A stretch of DNA of 64,000 nucleotides, taken from positions 2,339-66,338 of the forward strand of contig NJBK01000011.1 in assembly GCA_005223035.1 (NCBI GenBank). Reading direction: 5' to 3'. A program made the position numbers and the translations under genes. The stretch is from Chloroflexi bacterium B3_Chlor (GTDB taxonomy: Bacteria > Chloroflexota > Anaerolineae > UBA7937 > B3-Chlor). Below, one piece after another: positions 39,577 through 48,738 of the stretch. Under the pieces are notes generated by a model, which saw nothing but the letters and a program-made list of their open reading frames with translations, had not been told where the DNA came from and did not search any database. Position 1 is the stretch's first letter. The number at the start of each line of letters is the position of its first letter.

Positions 39577-42500
39577 CTACTCGATAGGCGCGAACTTCAT
39601 GATGCGGTGGTTGTTGGAGTCGGAGATGTAGACGTTCCCCTCCTGATCCACGGCGATGCCCGTGGGCAAGTCGAAGGATGTTTCGTCCGTGCCGTACTTG
39701 CCGAAGATGGCCAGAAGGTTGCCTTCGCTGTCAAAAACCAAGACCCGGTAGCGCTCAGGATCGGTGGTGTAGATGCGCCCTTCGCCATCCACCGCCAGGT
39801 AGGGCTTGTTGACGACAGAGTCGCCCGACCATGCGTCGACCCGCCACTGGGTGCGGAACTGGAAGTCCGCATCGAAGATCTGGACACGTTGGTTCCAGGT
39901 GTCGGCCACGTAGATGTTGCCGTCCTGATCGATGGCGATGCCCACTGGCTCCTGGAACTGTCCGGGTAGGGAGCCGCCGCCGCCCCACTGGCCGAGGGGG
40001 TTGCCTTCCGAGTCGAACTTCTGGATGCGCTTGTTCCCGGTGTCGGTGACAAACAGGTTCCCTTCCAGATCAACGGCGATGCCTCTCGGTCCCCAGAACA
40101 TCCCCTGCGGCTCCAGAAGCTGACCGTCGGTGTTCTGGTGCGCGCCCCAGTAGGTGATGAACTCGCCGTCGGCGGTGAACTTCTGGATGCGATGGTTCCA
40201 CGTGTCGGCCACATAGACGTTGTCCTCGCTGTCCACGGCGATTCCCCACGGTTCGGTCAACTGTCCCGGTTCCTGACCCACCGAACCCCACGCGGTGATG
40301 AAGGTTCCTTCGCTGTCGAACTTCTGGATGCGATGGTTCTGGCTGTCTGCCACGTAGACATTGCCCTGTGAATCTATCGCCAAGTCCTTGGGGAAGCCGA
40401 ACTGCCCTTGCAGCGCTCCCGGCTCGCCCCAAGTCGTGATGCTGCTCACTTCACGGTGGGCCTCGGCGTATTCGGCAGAGGCTTCCACCTGGAGAGCGAT
40501 AGGCACGGCGCTGGATTCCCAGATCTGGGCAGCCACGTCCTCGCGCAGATAAAAGGCGAAGTCGGAAGAGCCAAGGGGCTGGTCCAGGTCTCGGTAGAGG
40601 AGGAAATCGATGGCGCTTTGCCGCGCCTCTGGGTTCCGGAGGTTGTCGATGATTGTGCACTGCACGATGTTTGGATCGCCGACTTCCCGTCGGAGCAGAT
40701 AGTCGATAGCGGCCTGTCGGGTATCCGGGTTCCGCAGTGCCTTGATGACTCCGCAGTTGGCAAGCTGGCGATAGTCCTCTGGGAACCACCAGCGGAGCCT
40801 GTATTGCCGCCTGACGTAGTTGGTGAGATAGGGCCTGACTGCACTCTCGTTGTCGAGTCCCACCAAGACCACAGGGGCATCCAGGGGCCCCATGGGCTCT
40901 TTGCCGAAGAAGATCTTGTTGGGATAGTCGCGCAGGTACCACCAGAATGGCCAGCTCGTGAACTCGTCGAAGGCGACCCTCATCTCCTTGCCCCCCACGA
41001 GCCTTTCCGACAGTCGCTCGATCTCCTCCATCACCATGGTGACGTCGGGGGTCGTTTGGGTGTAGACGAGCATATCCTCGGCTATGTCCCCATGAATGTA
41101 GTTGGCTATCCAAGCGTACCGGATGGTGAACACGGTCAGAACGAGAACCGCAGCAAACAGGAGCATTCTGGCGATAGAAGTAACGCGCAGCCGCCTGGCG
41201 ATGAGGAAAGTAAGGTAGATGAACACCCCGGAGAGGAGTAGGGTGACCAGCCACCGCACAAGAGTGTTCAATTCCCCGAGGTTGAAGCCCGCCGCGGGCA
41301 AGCCACGGGAGAGGATACCCGACAGGCCAAGGGAAGCGGACAGGAAGCCCAACACCACTAGCCCGGCTGTAGGCACCAGGACCAGCAGGTAATGGGCGCG
41401 ACGTTGACGAAGCTCCTGCCAGTTGGCTCGCTCCAGCACATCCCCTATGAACCGCGCGGCAAGGAGGATGATGGGCAGGGTCAAGTGCACAACCAACCAG
41501 GGCATTTTCTCCCCCGCCCAGCTGTAGATGACGAAGGCCACCAAGAACCAGTAGGAGAGGAAGACCCACAAGATGTTCTTCGGCCAGACGGCCTTCCTCG
41601 GCTCTTCCTCTCTTTTCCTCCTGGCGGTTGTGAAGGACAGATAGCCCATGCCCATCAAGCCCAGAAGGAAAGGCAGGAACTCATACACCGGAATGAGGAT
41701 CAGATAGTAGAACCAGGGTTGTCCCCCCCGCTTCACGCCCTGTTGCGCCAGCCAGTAGCCCAGGGAGCCGATGGGCCCCGTGAGGAGGCCCCCCATGCTG
41801 GTGAGCAAGGTGGTATGGAGGAGAACGTAGATGGCCCAGAAGATGCCAGCCGCGGTTACCCAGCGGCGCCAGTTCCACCACAGGCCGAGGGCGGCGAAGA
41901 CCCCGGTCACGAGCAGGAGCACCAGGAGATCATGCTGCCCGTAGTTCGTGTAGTCCAGGGGGTCCCACAGCCCTATCGCCTTGATGACAAGCGTAGTGAA
42001 ATACAGTGGCGCGCAGAGACTGCCGATGAGTATCACCAGGTCGAAGGACGCCAGGTCCGGCGGGAACTTCCGGTCGCGGAGCCATTCCCAGACGAGGACG
42101 ATCACCAGGAAAGTGCCGAAGATGAAGGTGGTGATATAGGAGATCTCTTTGGTGGAGAAAGCGAGGGACAGAGCGGCCGCCAGAAGATAGAGGTAGAGGT
42201 CCTTTCGTTCATCAAGGTATTTGATGATGGCGATGAACATCAGAATCTCGAAGCCGGCGGCGAAGATGTCCATGCGGATGAATCGGGAGAAGTAGAGGAA
42301 GCCGGGTGAGATGGCGAACATGGCGGCGGCCGCGAGGGCGCCGTATCTTCCCAGCCATTTTCGGAGGAAGTAGGGTGCGATGACGATGCCGAAACCGAAG
42401 AGGGCTGGGGCGACCCGGGACGTATAGTCACTGGCGCCGAAGAGGAAATAGATCACAGCGTTGGCGTGGTAGAGAAACGGGCCGTGAAGGAGAGGGTTGT

Positions 42501-42699
42501 GGATAAACCCTCTACCGCGGAACAATTCCCAGGAGTAGAAGGAATGCATGCTCTCGTCATGGTGCTGGGCGCGACTACCCAGGTCCCAGAAGCGGGTGGC
42601 AAGGGTCACCAGGATGATGGTCAGCCAGCAGATCAACTCCCAATTGAGGGTGATCTTGGCCAGCAAAGGCCTATCCAGAATGGAGAACCTCTTTTGCAT
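39577..42699 (-). CDS. GT-C (PMT_2 / TIGR03663, Agl23-like) membrane glycosyltransferase with C-terminal NHL repeats
   Basis: HHDESMH, PLLHGPFLYH, SRFIRMD, GEKMPWL, YTQT; repeated P.GIAVD..GNVYVADT.NHRIQKF. Confidence 0.88.
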   Translation of the reverse strand: MQKRFSILDRPLLAKITLNWELICWLTIILVTLATRFWDLGSRAQHHDESMHSFYSWELFRGRGFIHNPLLHGPFLYHANAVIYFLFGASDYTSRVAPALFGFGIVIAPYFLRKWLGRYGALAAAAMFAISPGFLYFSRFIRMDIFAAGFEILMFIAIIKYLDERKDLYLYLLAAALSLAFSTKEISYITTFIFGTFLVIVLVWEWLRDRKFPPDLASFDLVILIGSLCAPLYFTTLVIKAIGLWDPLDYTNYGQHDLLVLLLVTGVFAALGLWWNWRRWVTAAGIFWAIYVLLHTTLLTSMGGLLTGPIGSLGYWLAQQGVKRGGQPWFYYLILIPVYEFLPFLLGLMGMGYLSFTTARRKREEEPRKAVWPKNILWVFLSYWFLVAFVIYSWAGEKMPWLVVHLTLPIILLAARFIGDVLERANWQELRQRRAHYLLVLVPTAGLVVLGFLSASLGLSGILSRGLPAAGFNLGELNTLVRWLVTLLLSGVFIYLTFLIARRLRVTSIARMLLFAAVLVLTVFTIRYAWIANYIHGDIAEDMLVYTQTTPDVTMVMEEIERLSERLVGGKEMRVAFDEFTSWPFWWYLRDYPNKIFFGKEPMGPLDAPVVLVGLDNESAVRPYLTNYVRRQYRLRWWFPEDYRQLANCGVIKALRNPDTRQAAIDYLLRREVGDPNIVQCTIIDNLRNPEARQSAIDFLLYRDLDQPLGSSDFAFYLREDVAAQIWESSAVPIALQVEASAEYAEAHREVSSITTWGEPGALQGQFGFPKDLAIDSQGNVYVADSQNHRIQKFDSEGTFITAWGSVGQEPGQLTEPWGIAVDSEDNVYVADTWNHRIQKFTADGEFITYWGAHQNTDGQLLEPQGMFWGPRGIAVDLEGNLFVTDTGNKRIQKFDSEGNPLGQWGGGGSLPGQFQEPVGIAIDQDGNIYVADTWNQRVQIFDADFQFRTQWRVDAWSGDSVVNKPYLAVDGEGRIYTTDPERYRVLVFDSEGNLLAIFGKYGTDETSFDLPTGIAVDQEGNVYISDSNNHRIMKFAPIE

Positions 42700-42714
42700 G
42701 TCGCTGTTACCTCG

Positions 42715-44490
42715 TCACTCTTCAGGCTCTACTGCGACCCACATGACGACCTCACGGTGCGTCGGCGGAGCGAGAGCCTCTCGAAAGAGGAACCAACTCG
42801 CCAGGTCGTGCCCCGGCATGTCCTCAGGCTGCCAGGAACTCTGTATTCGGAACCGCGCGCCCCTGTACCCAGGCAGGGCCAGCGGTTCTCCAATCGGTGT
42901 GATCACCACCGGCGTGAGGGACGATGGGGACCCAGGAGCGAAGGCTAAATCTGTGAAATCCCGTAGATACCAGGCCAAGAGGGGATCCTCCTGGCCCTGG
43001 ACGGTGATGTTCACGCTGTGGCGGTCTCTCTCCTGCTGATTGGAGAAGTCCTCTATCGCCCTGACCAGGTTGCGCACATCGGGCGAAGTGGGCCTCTCGA
43101 CAAATAGCTCGAGGGGGTTGCCGGGCCGATAGTGGCTGAGCCTCCACGTGGCCTGCACCATCAAGCCTCCCAGGAACAAGAGGGTCACCAGCCCCCCAGT
43201 GCGGAGTGCACCCCTCCAGTCCATGGCCAGGGCGCCGGTGATGAGGATCACGCAGAGAAGGAAGAAGAGGGACAAGAAGACCAGGATCAGATGGCTGGGC
43301 TCGCCGGGATCCTGGGGGTCGGAGAACGCTGACAACTGCAGGATGGTATGGAATATGGTCGGGATGGCGATCAACAGCGCCAGCCTGTCCCAGAGCCACC
43401 TCTCTCCCTGGCCCACCTTGCCGAGCAACTCGCCCATGGTCTTGCCTGCGAGTAAGGTGAGGGGCACCAGAATCTGAAGCAGACCCGAGGGCGGCTTGGT
43501 GCCCATCAGCGAGTACAGGAGCAGACTCACCCCAAACCAGCAGACCAGCAGGGCGGAAAACAGGTCTCGCCGGGCCAGGTAAAAGGCGCCCGCCAGGCCG
43601 AAGATGAGCACTAACGATTCGTAGGTCAGAAGGAGCGAGAGATAGTAGTGCCAGGGTTGCGAGTCTGGCAGAGGCTGGAACTGGCTCAACCAGGCGGGAA
43701 GCAGGTCCAGCGTGGCCTGCAAACCATGCAGGTTGACAAAAAGCCCTGTGGAGAGCAAGAGAATCAGGGCTGCGAAGACGCCCGCTGCAAAGAGCCAAGC
43801 CTGTCGGGACCGGCGGGTTTCAAACCCGCCCGCAAGAAGGGTCTGTCGTGTAGGGGCAGGTTTCAAACCTGCCCGTACACAGAGGGCCAGGAAGAAGCCG
43901 CCCAGTGCCAGTAGCGTGACATAGCTGGCCTCTCCCGCCATAAGGGCGACAGCAAGCGCTGCAGCCAGCAGGTAGAGGTAGGAGTCCTTCGCCCTTCCCG
44001 TGTAGCCGAGAATGCCGGCCAGCAGAGCCAGTGCACAGCCCGAGACGATGATATCGCCTCCAAGCTGGCGGGAGAAGAAGATGAATGACGGGGAGAAAGC
44101 CAGGATAGCTGCGCTGATGAGAGCTCCGCTCCGGCCTAGATAGGGGCGTAGCAGGTATGGAAGTCCTATCAGGACGGTGCCGGCAAGGGCGGGCAGCACA
44201 CGGGCCACGAAATCATTGGCGCCGAAGAGGAGGCAGAGGAGAGCGTTGCCGTGGAAGAGCAGAGGGCTGTGCCCTCTGATGCTCGCCGCGCCTCCCATGC
44301 AGAAGCGCCAGACATCCAGGGCCAGCTGAGCTTCCTTCTCTTGGAGGGGTTGCCTCCCCAGGGCGTAGAAGCGCAAGAGCGCCCCTAGCAGAACAAGTAG
44401 CAGGTAGAGGCCGGTCTCGACGGTCAGCCAGGGAGGACCGAATTCCTGCACCTCTGCTGGTGATCTTTCCTTGTCCGTTTTTTCCATCAT
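42715..44490 (-). CDS. GT-C/PMT_2-like membrane protein, divergent paralog of the neighbour
   Basis: LRFYALG..PL..KEA, SPLLFH, DFVARVLPA, SPSFIFFSR, AWYLRDF. Confidence 0.8.
   Translation of the reverse strand: MMEKTDKERSPAEVQEFGPPWLTVETGLYLLLVLLGALLRFYALGRQPLQEKEAQLALDVWRFCMGGAASIRGHSPLLFHGNALLCLLFGANDFVARVLPALAGTVLIGLPYLLRPYLGRSGALISAAILAFSPSFIFFSRQLGGDIIVSGCALALLAGILGYTGRAKDSYLYLLAAALAVALMAGEASYVTLLALGGFFLALCVRAGLKPAPTRQTLLAGGFETRRSRQAWLFAAGVFAALILLLSTGLFVNLHGLQATLDLLPAWLSQFQPLPDSQPWHYYLSLLLTYESLVLIFGLAGAFYLARRDLFSALLVCWFGVSLLLYSLMGTKPPSGLLQILVPLTLLAGKTMGELLGKVGQGERWLWDRLALLIAIPTIFHTILQLSAFSDPQDPGEPSHLILVFLSLFFLLCVILITGALAMDWRGALRTGGLVTLLFLGGLMVQATWRLSHYRPGNPLELFVERPTSPDVRNLVRAIEDFSNQQERDRHSVNITVQGQEDPLLAWYLRDFTDLAFAPGSPSSLTPVVITPIGEPLALPGYRGARFRIQSSWQPEDMPGHDLASWFLFREALAPPTHREVVMWVAVEPEE
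43812..43878. repeat. GTAG-type REP doublet inside a CDS
   Basis: GGCGGGTTTCAAACCCGCC and GTAGGGGCAGGTTTCAAACCTGCCCGTAC. Confidence 0.7.
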
Positions 44491-44855
44491 AACAGCGGCC
44501 AGGCAACTAGGGAACACCTCCCTGCACGAGCTGAGACGGGAGGTACGTCGCTGTTTGGGGCACTCAGAGCAGGCACAATTATAGCATGCCGTGGGGTAAA
44601 GGCAAACTAGGCGAGGATGGATTGGGGGGTGCTACGGCCTCCCCCAGGCTTCCCAAGCGTGCGCGGAGGTTCGACCACGTCGATACCACGTAGCATGCTG
44701 CTAAAGTATTGTGAAGTGCAGGAACAACGCACTTAGCGCATTATGAGTAATTGGCAGCAACCTAGCTCTGGAGACATGAAGTGGATTCTCTGAGCGTTAT
44801 CTACTCTCTCTGCGGCGGCTTGCAGAGAGTTGAGCTTCAGGTGCGTCGTATACCC

Positions 44856-44884
44856 TTGCATTTTGCACAGGGCTATCTTATACT
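44856..44884 (+). promoter_or_regulatory. promoter of rel
   Basis: TTGCAT-17 bp-TATACT. Confidence 0.6.
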
Positions 44885-44923
44885 AAGAGGTGAGGCAGGT
44901 TACAAATCAGAAGGTGCGTTCCC

Positions 44924-47080
44924 ATGGATGACCCCCCGACCACGCTGGAAGGTCTGCTGGAGCGGGCGGGGGATTCTATCCCCGCCCGAGAATTGACCCT
45001 CATCAAGCGTGCCTATCAGACGGCGGCGGAAGCCCACGATGGACAAGTGCGGGCGTCGGGGGAACCTTTCATCCAGCACTCCCTTGCCACCGCCGCGACC
45101 CTTGTAGATCTGCGACTTGACCCCGCCACCATCGCTGCCGGACTTCTTCACGATGTTCCCGAGGACACTGCCGTTACCGTAGGGAAGATCCGGAAGGTTT
45201 TCGGTGACGAGATTGCCAGCCTGGTCGACGGGGTGACCAAGCTGAGGAAGATAAGCTGGACGAGCCTCGAAGAGGAGCAGGCGGAGAGCCTGCGCAAGAT
45301 CTTCCTGGCGATGGTGGATGACATCCGCGTCATCCTGATCAGGCTGGCTGACCGTCTGCACAACATGCACACTCTGGCAGCCCTCCCGGAGGACAGAAGG
45401 ACGAAGATTGCCAGGGAGACGCTGGATATCTTCGCGCCCTTGGCTCACAGGCTGGGCATGTGGCAGATCAAGGAGGAGCTGGAGGACCTCGCTCTGCGGT
45501 ATCTGGAGCCGGAAAAGTACCGTGAAGTCGTGGAACTGATGAGCGAACGACGCACCGTCCGAGAGCGATACGTGGAGGAAGTGGTTGGGACGGTGAGGAG
45601 GAGCCTGGCCGAGGCGGGGATAAAGGCCGAGGTCACCGGTCGCCGCAAGCACATCTACAGCATCTATCAGAAGATGCAGAAGAATGGAAGAGATTTCGAT
45701 CACATCTACGATGTGCATGGAGCGCGCATCATCGTGGATGACGTCAACGATTGCTATGCCGCCCTGGGGATAGTGCATTCCGTGTGGCGTCCCATAGCGG
45801 GCGAATTCGACGACTACATCGCCATGCCCAAGGACAACATGTATCAGTCCTTGCACACCGCAGTTGTGGGCCCGCAAGGTCGCCCTCTGGAGGTTCAGAT
45901 CCGCACCTGGGATATGCATGGGATGGCGGAGTATGGTGTCGCTGCGCATTGGCGCTACAAGGAGCAGGTGGAGCGGGACGCGGTTCTGGAATCCAAGATG
46001 GCCTGGTTGCGACAGTTGATGGAGTGGCGCAAGGAACTGGTTGACCCTCAGGAATTCGTTGATTCCTTGAAGACGGACCTTTTCCCGGAAGAGGTGTACG
46101 TCTTCACTCCCAAGGGGGACGTCATTGAACTGCCGAGGGGAGCGACCCCCGTCGATTTCGCTTATCACGTTCACACCGAGATTGGCCAACTCTGCCAGGG
46201 AGCCAAGGTGAACGGCAGGATCGTCCCCTTGAACTATCAACTGGAAGACGGCGATCAGGTCCTGATCCTGACTGCCAAGAGAGGAGGCCCTAGTCGAGAC
46301 TGGCTGAACCCCCATCTAGGGTACGTCCGCACAAGTCGTGCCAAGCAGAAGATCCGGCAGTGGTTCCGCCGACAGCGGCGAGCGGAGAATATCGCGAGAG
46401 GCCGGACCCTGTTGGAGAAAGAACTGAAGCGTCTAGGTATCGAGCGCGAAAGCTATGAGGACATCGCCAAGCTGTTCCGCTTCAAGAAGGTCGACGACTT
46501 CCTGGTCGCCGTCGGGTATGGAGACATCAACGTTCATCAGGTCTCCACCAGAGTCCTGGAAGTTGAGAAGGGGAAAGAAGAAGAACTGGAGGAGTTGCCA
46601 CCAGTGGCGGCACCGCCAACCGAAGCCCCTGGAGTCAAGGTGACTGGCGTGGGAGACCTGCTGACCCACCTTGGAGGCTGCTGCAACCCTCTGCCTGGCG
46701 ACGAGATCATAGGCTATATCACTCGCGGGCGGGGGGTGACGATCCATCGGCAGGACTGCGCCAATGTTCTTCGAGTGTTGAGGGATGGCGACCGGGAACG
46801 TCTGATAGAGGTTGACTGGGGCGGGGATCTGGGCACTGCGTACCCGGTGCTGGTGGAGGTCACGGCCTATGACCGCAAGGGGCTGCTGAAAGACATCGCG
46901 GCCGTCCTCGACACAGAGGATGTGAACATGACGTCGGCCACTATTAACACCATAAGGAAGGACCAGATAGCCACCATCGTCGCCACCTTGGAGATCACCG
47001 GCATGGATCAGTTGAGCCGCGTACTGACCAAGATTGAGAGCCTTACCAACGTCCTGGAGGCCCGGCGGCAGACCGGCTGA
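44924..47080 (+). CDS. rel: bifunctional (p)ppGpp synthetase/hydrolase (long RSH)
   Basis: RASGEPFIQH, LLHDVPED, ADRLHNM, KHIYSIYQKM, YQSLHT, EVQIRT, TGS domain, CC, ACT domain. Confidence 0.97.
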   Translation: MDDPPTTLEGLLERAGDSIPARELTLIKRAYQTAAEAHDGQVRASGEPFIQHSLATAATLVDLRLDPATIAAGLLHDVPEDTAVTVGKIRKVFGDEIASLVDGVTKLRKISWTSLEEEQAESLRKIFLAMVDDIRVILIRLADRLHNMHTLAALPEDRRTKIARETLDIFAPLAHRLGMWQIKEELEDLALRYLEPEKYREVVELMSERRTVRERYVEEVVGTVRRSLAEAGIKAEVTGRRKHIYSIYQKMQKNGRDFDHIYDVHGARIIVDDVNDCYAALGIVHSVWRPIAGEFDDYIAMPKDNMYQSLHTAVVGPQGRPLEVQIRTWDMHGMAEYGVAAHWRYKEQVERDAVLESKMAWLRQLMEWRKELVDPQEFVDSLKTDLFPEEVYVFTPKGDVIELPRGATPVDFAYHVHTEIGQLCQGAKVNGRIVPLNYQLEDGDQVLILTAKRGGPSRDWLNPHLGYVRTSRAKQKIRQWFRRQRRAENIARGRTLLEKELKRLGIERESYEDIAKLFRFKKVDDFLVAVGYGDINVHQVSTRVLEVEKGKEEELEELPPVAAPPTEAPGVKVTGVGDLLTHLGGCCNPLPGDEIIGYITRGRGVTIHRQDCANVLRVLRDGDRERLIEVDWGGDLGTAYPVLVEVTAYDRKGLLKDIAAVLDTEDVNMTSATINTIRKDQIATIVATLEITGMDQLSRVLTKIESLTNVLEARRQTG

Positions 47081-47146
47081 GCTGGGGCTGGACTCCCAGA
47101 CCCTTTGCCGCATGGTTCCAAGACCCCAGAAGGACAAGCACAATCC

Positions 47147-47172
47147 GTAGCCGCACGGCATGCCGTGCGGCT
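47147..47172. repeat. GTAG-type REP-like palindrome
   Basis: GTAGCCGCACGGCATGCCGTGCGGCT perfect hairpin. Confidence 0.55.
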
Positions 47173-47335
47173 GTGTAGTCAAACAAGAAAGGGCCACCGT
47201 GTCAATCCACGATAGCCCTTCGCGTGGCTACCATCCTGCAATGTCTCCGCTTCTCTACTCAAATGGCCCTGCACTCGGGCGCGTATCGAGTGTCCTCAAG
47301 TGATCTCCCCGATCCGATTGTGCCCCTCTATCCAT

Positions 47336-47974
47336 CTATGAGCCCCTCGCCTCTTGGCGGCGGTAATCCTTGGGCATATACTTCTCCCGCCGCCTCATGT
47401 GCGCAGCCAGGGACTCCTTTCTGAAGTGCCAGCGTCCAGCAGCCTTGCGTGCCTCCAGTTTCCCCTCGAGGGCCAGCTTGGAGAGCCGTGCCCGGGTCAA
47501 GCGGGTTATCTTCCGCGCTTCGGCGGTGGTCGCCCAACCGTCCGGTGCCTTCTTGGTGAAATTGATCAACTGCCTGGGCTCTAAGAACCAGCAGTTGGAC
47601 CGACGCTCTGCCTTCACCAGTCCCTCTCGACACCACCGACCGATAGCGTCCTTCCCCCAACCGGTCACCTCGACCGCTTCGCGCATCGTCAGCCATTCCT
47701 TTGGGATGTCCCGCGGCCACACCCGCATCTGCAACCCGCGCCTCTTTGCCCCTTCCTTCCGTGCGTTGTAGTAATCCAACAGCCCTTGCTTGGAGATTGC
47801 CCATTTCATCTTGGTTCCCCCGCCCATGGGTTCCTTGTATGCATACACCAGGCCCTTCTGGCATAGCCGGTGAATCGTGGAGCGGGAACACTCGAAAATG
47901 GCCGTGGCCTCATTGATGTCCAAGAACTGCTTGTCCCTAACACGGTTCAAAGCTTCCTGGTTAATAGTTTCCAT
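47336..47974 (-). CDS. DNA-binding protein with three tandem excisionase-like (HTH_17) domains
   Basis: FLDINEATAIFECSRSTIHRLCQKG; WLTMREAVEVTGWGKDAIGRWCREG; WATTAEARKITRLTRARLSKLALEG. Confidence 0.8.
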   Translation of the reverse strand: METINQEALNRVRDKQFLDINEATAIFECSRSTIHRLCQKGLVYAYKEPMGGGTKMKWAISKQGLLDYYNARKEGAKRRGLQMRVWPRDIPKEWLTMREAVEVTGWGKDAIGRWCREGLVKAERRSNCWFLEPRQLINFTKKAPDGWATTAEARKITRLTRARLSKLALEGKLEARKAAGRWHFRKESLAAHMRRREKYMPKDYRRQEARGS

Positions 47975-48004
47975 ATTGAACTCCTTTCAACTCGCCCAAG
48001 CTAG

Positions 48005-48033
48005 ATTATACCATAAGTCATATGACTAGTCAA
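48005..48033 (-). promoter_or_regulatory. promoter with internal palindromic operator
   Basis: TTGACT-17 bp-TATAAT with extended TG; AGTCATATGACT palindrome in the spacer. Confidence 0.75.
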
Positions 48034-48419
48034 CAGAGCGTCGCCGGTAGGACGAACTCTGCTGAATTGGCGACAACAGGCTTCTCTCCTAATATTATCG
48101 AAGTCCACGTGCTATGTCAAGCGGGCGCGGAGGTCGCTCTTCATCCGTTCTCAGGTCGCCAGGGAACGCCAGGCCAGTGGCAATCAAACGAAAAGCCCTC
48201 TCTCTGAAGCGCCATTGCTCAACCCGCGCTCCACGTCGCTCCGGGGCAGTGGGGACTCTGGAATGAAGTCCTCGATGCTCTCGTAAGGGCTGGGAGTGCC
48301 CTTCAACGGAGGGGCACTAGCAGAAAGCGCGCCGCTCCTGAGTCGGGTCTCCCATCTTTCGGCGAGGGCCAGTGCGGGGGCAACAACACCCAACGGGCCC
48401 AGAAACCTCGGAAGCTCCG

Positions 48420-48464
48420 TAGTACCTTTTTCCTATTGAGAGAATCCCGAGAGTTCGGTATACT
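48420..48464 (+). promoter_or_regulatory. promoter of the peptidase leader, with upstream TAGTAC box
   Basis: TAGTACCTTTTTCCTA then TTGAGA-17 bp-TATACT. Confidence 0.6.
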
Positions 48465-48499
48465 AGGAGTGTCTCTGCAAGTCCTACCTTGACAATCAG

Positions 48500-48588
48500 A
48501 CGGTGAGAAAGGCAAACCCATCGAAAGATGGGGACGCAAAGCCACGGGCCTGACGCTAAGAGCGTAGTATGGTAGCCGGGTTGCCTCC
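48500..48588 (+). promoter_or_regulatory. c-di-GMP-I (GEMM) riboswitch
   Basis: AAAGGCAAACCCATC-GAAA-GATGGGGACGCAAAGCCACGGGCCT...ATGGTAGCCGGGTTGCC. Confidence 0.92.
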
Positions 48589-48738
48589 GCACAATAGCTT
48601 GTTGACTAACGCGCGCTTCGAACCGGAGACCAGCTGGTGGAGGGCGCGTTTTCTTGTTCCTGACAGGATCCGAAGACCCAGTGGCAGCGGGCGCGCTTTC
48701 TGGTGCCTTGAGATTCTTGGCGTAGACAAGGGTCTGGC

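Noticed and set aside
44900-46315. 471-aa minus-strand ORF
   Set aside because: Antisense shadow of rel; long shadow ORFs are expected at high GC, as for 57590-58918, 40451-41569 and 13136-14236
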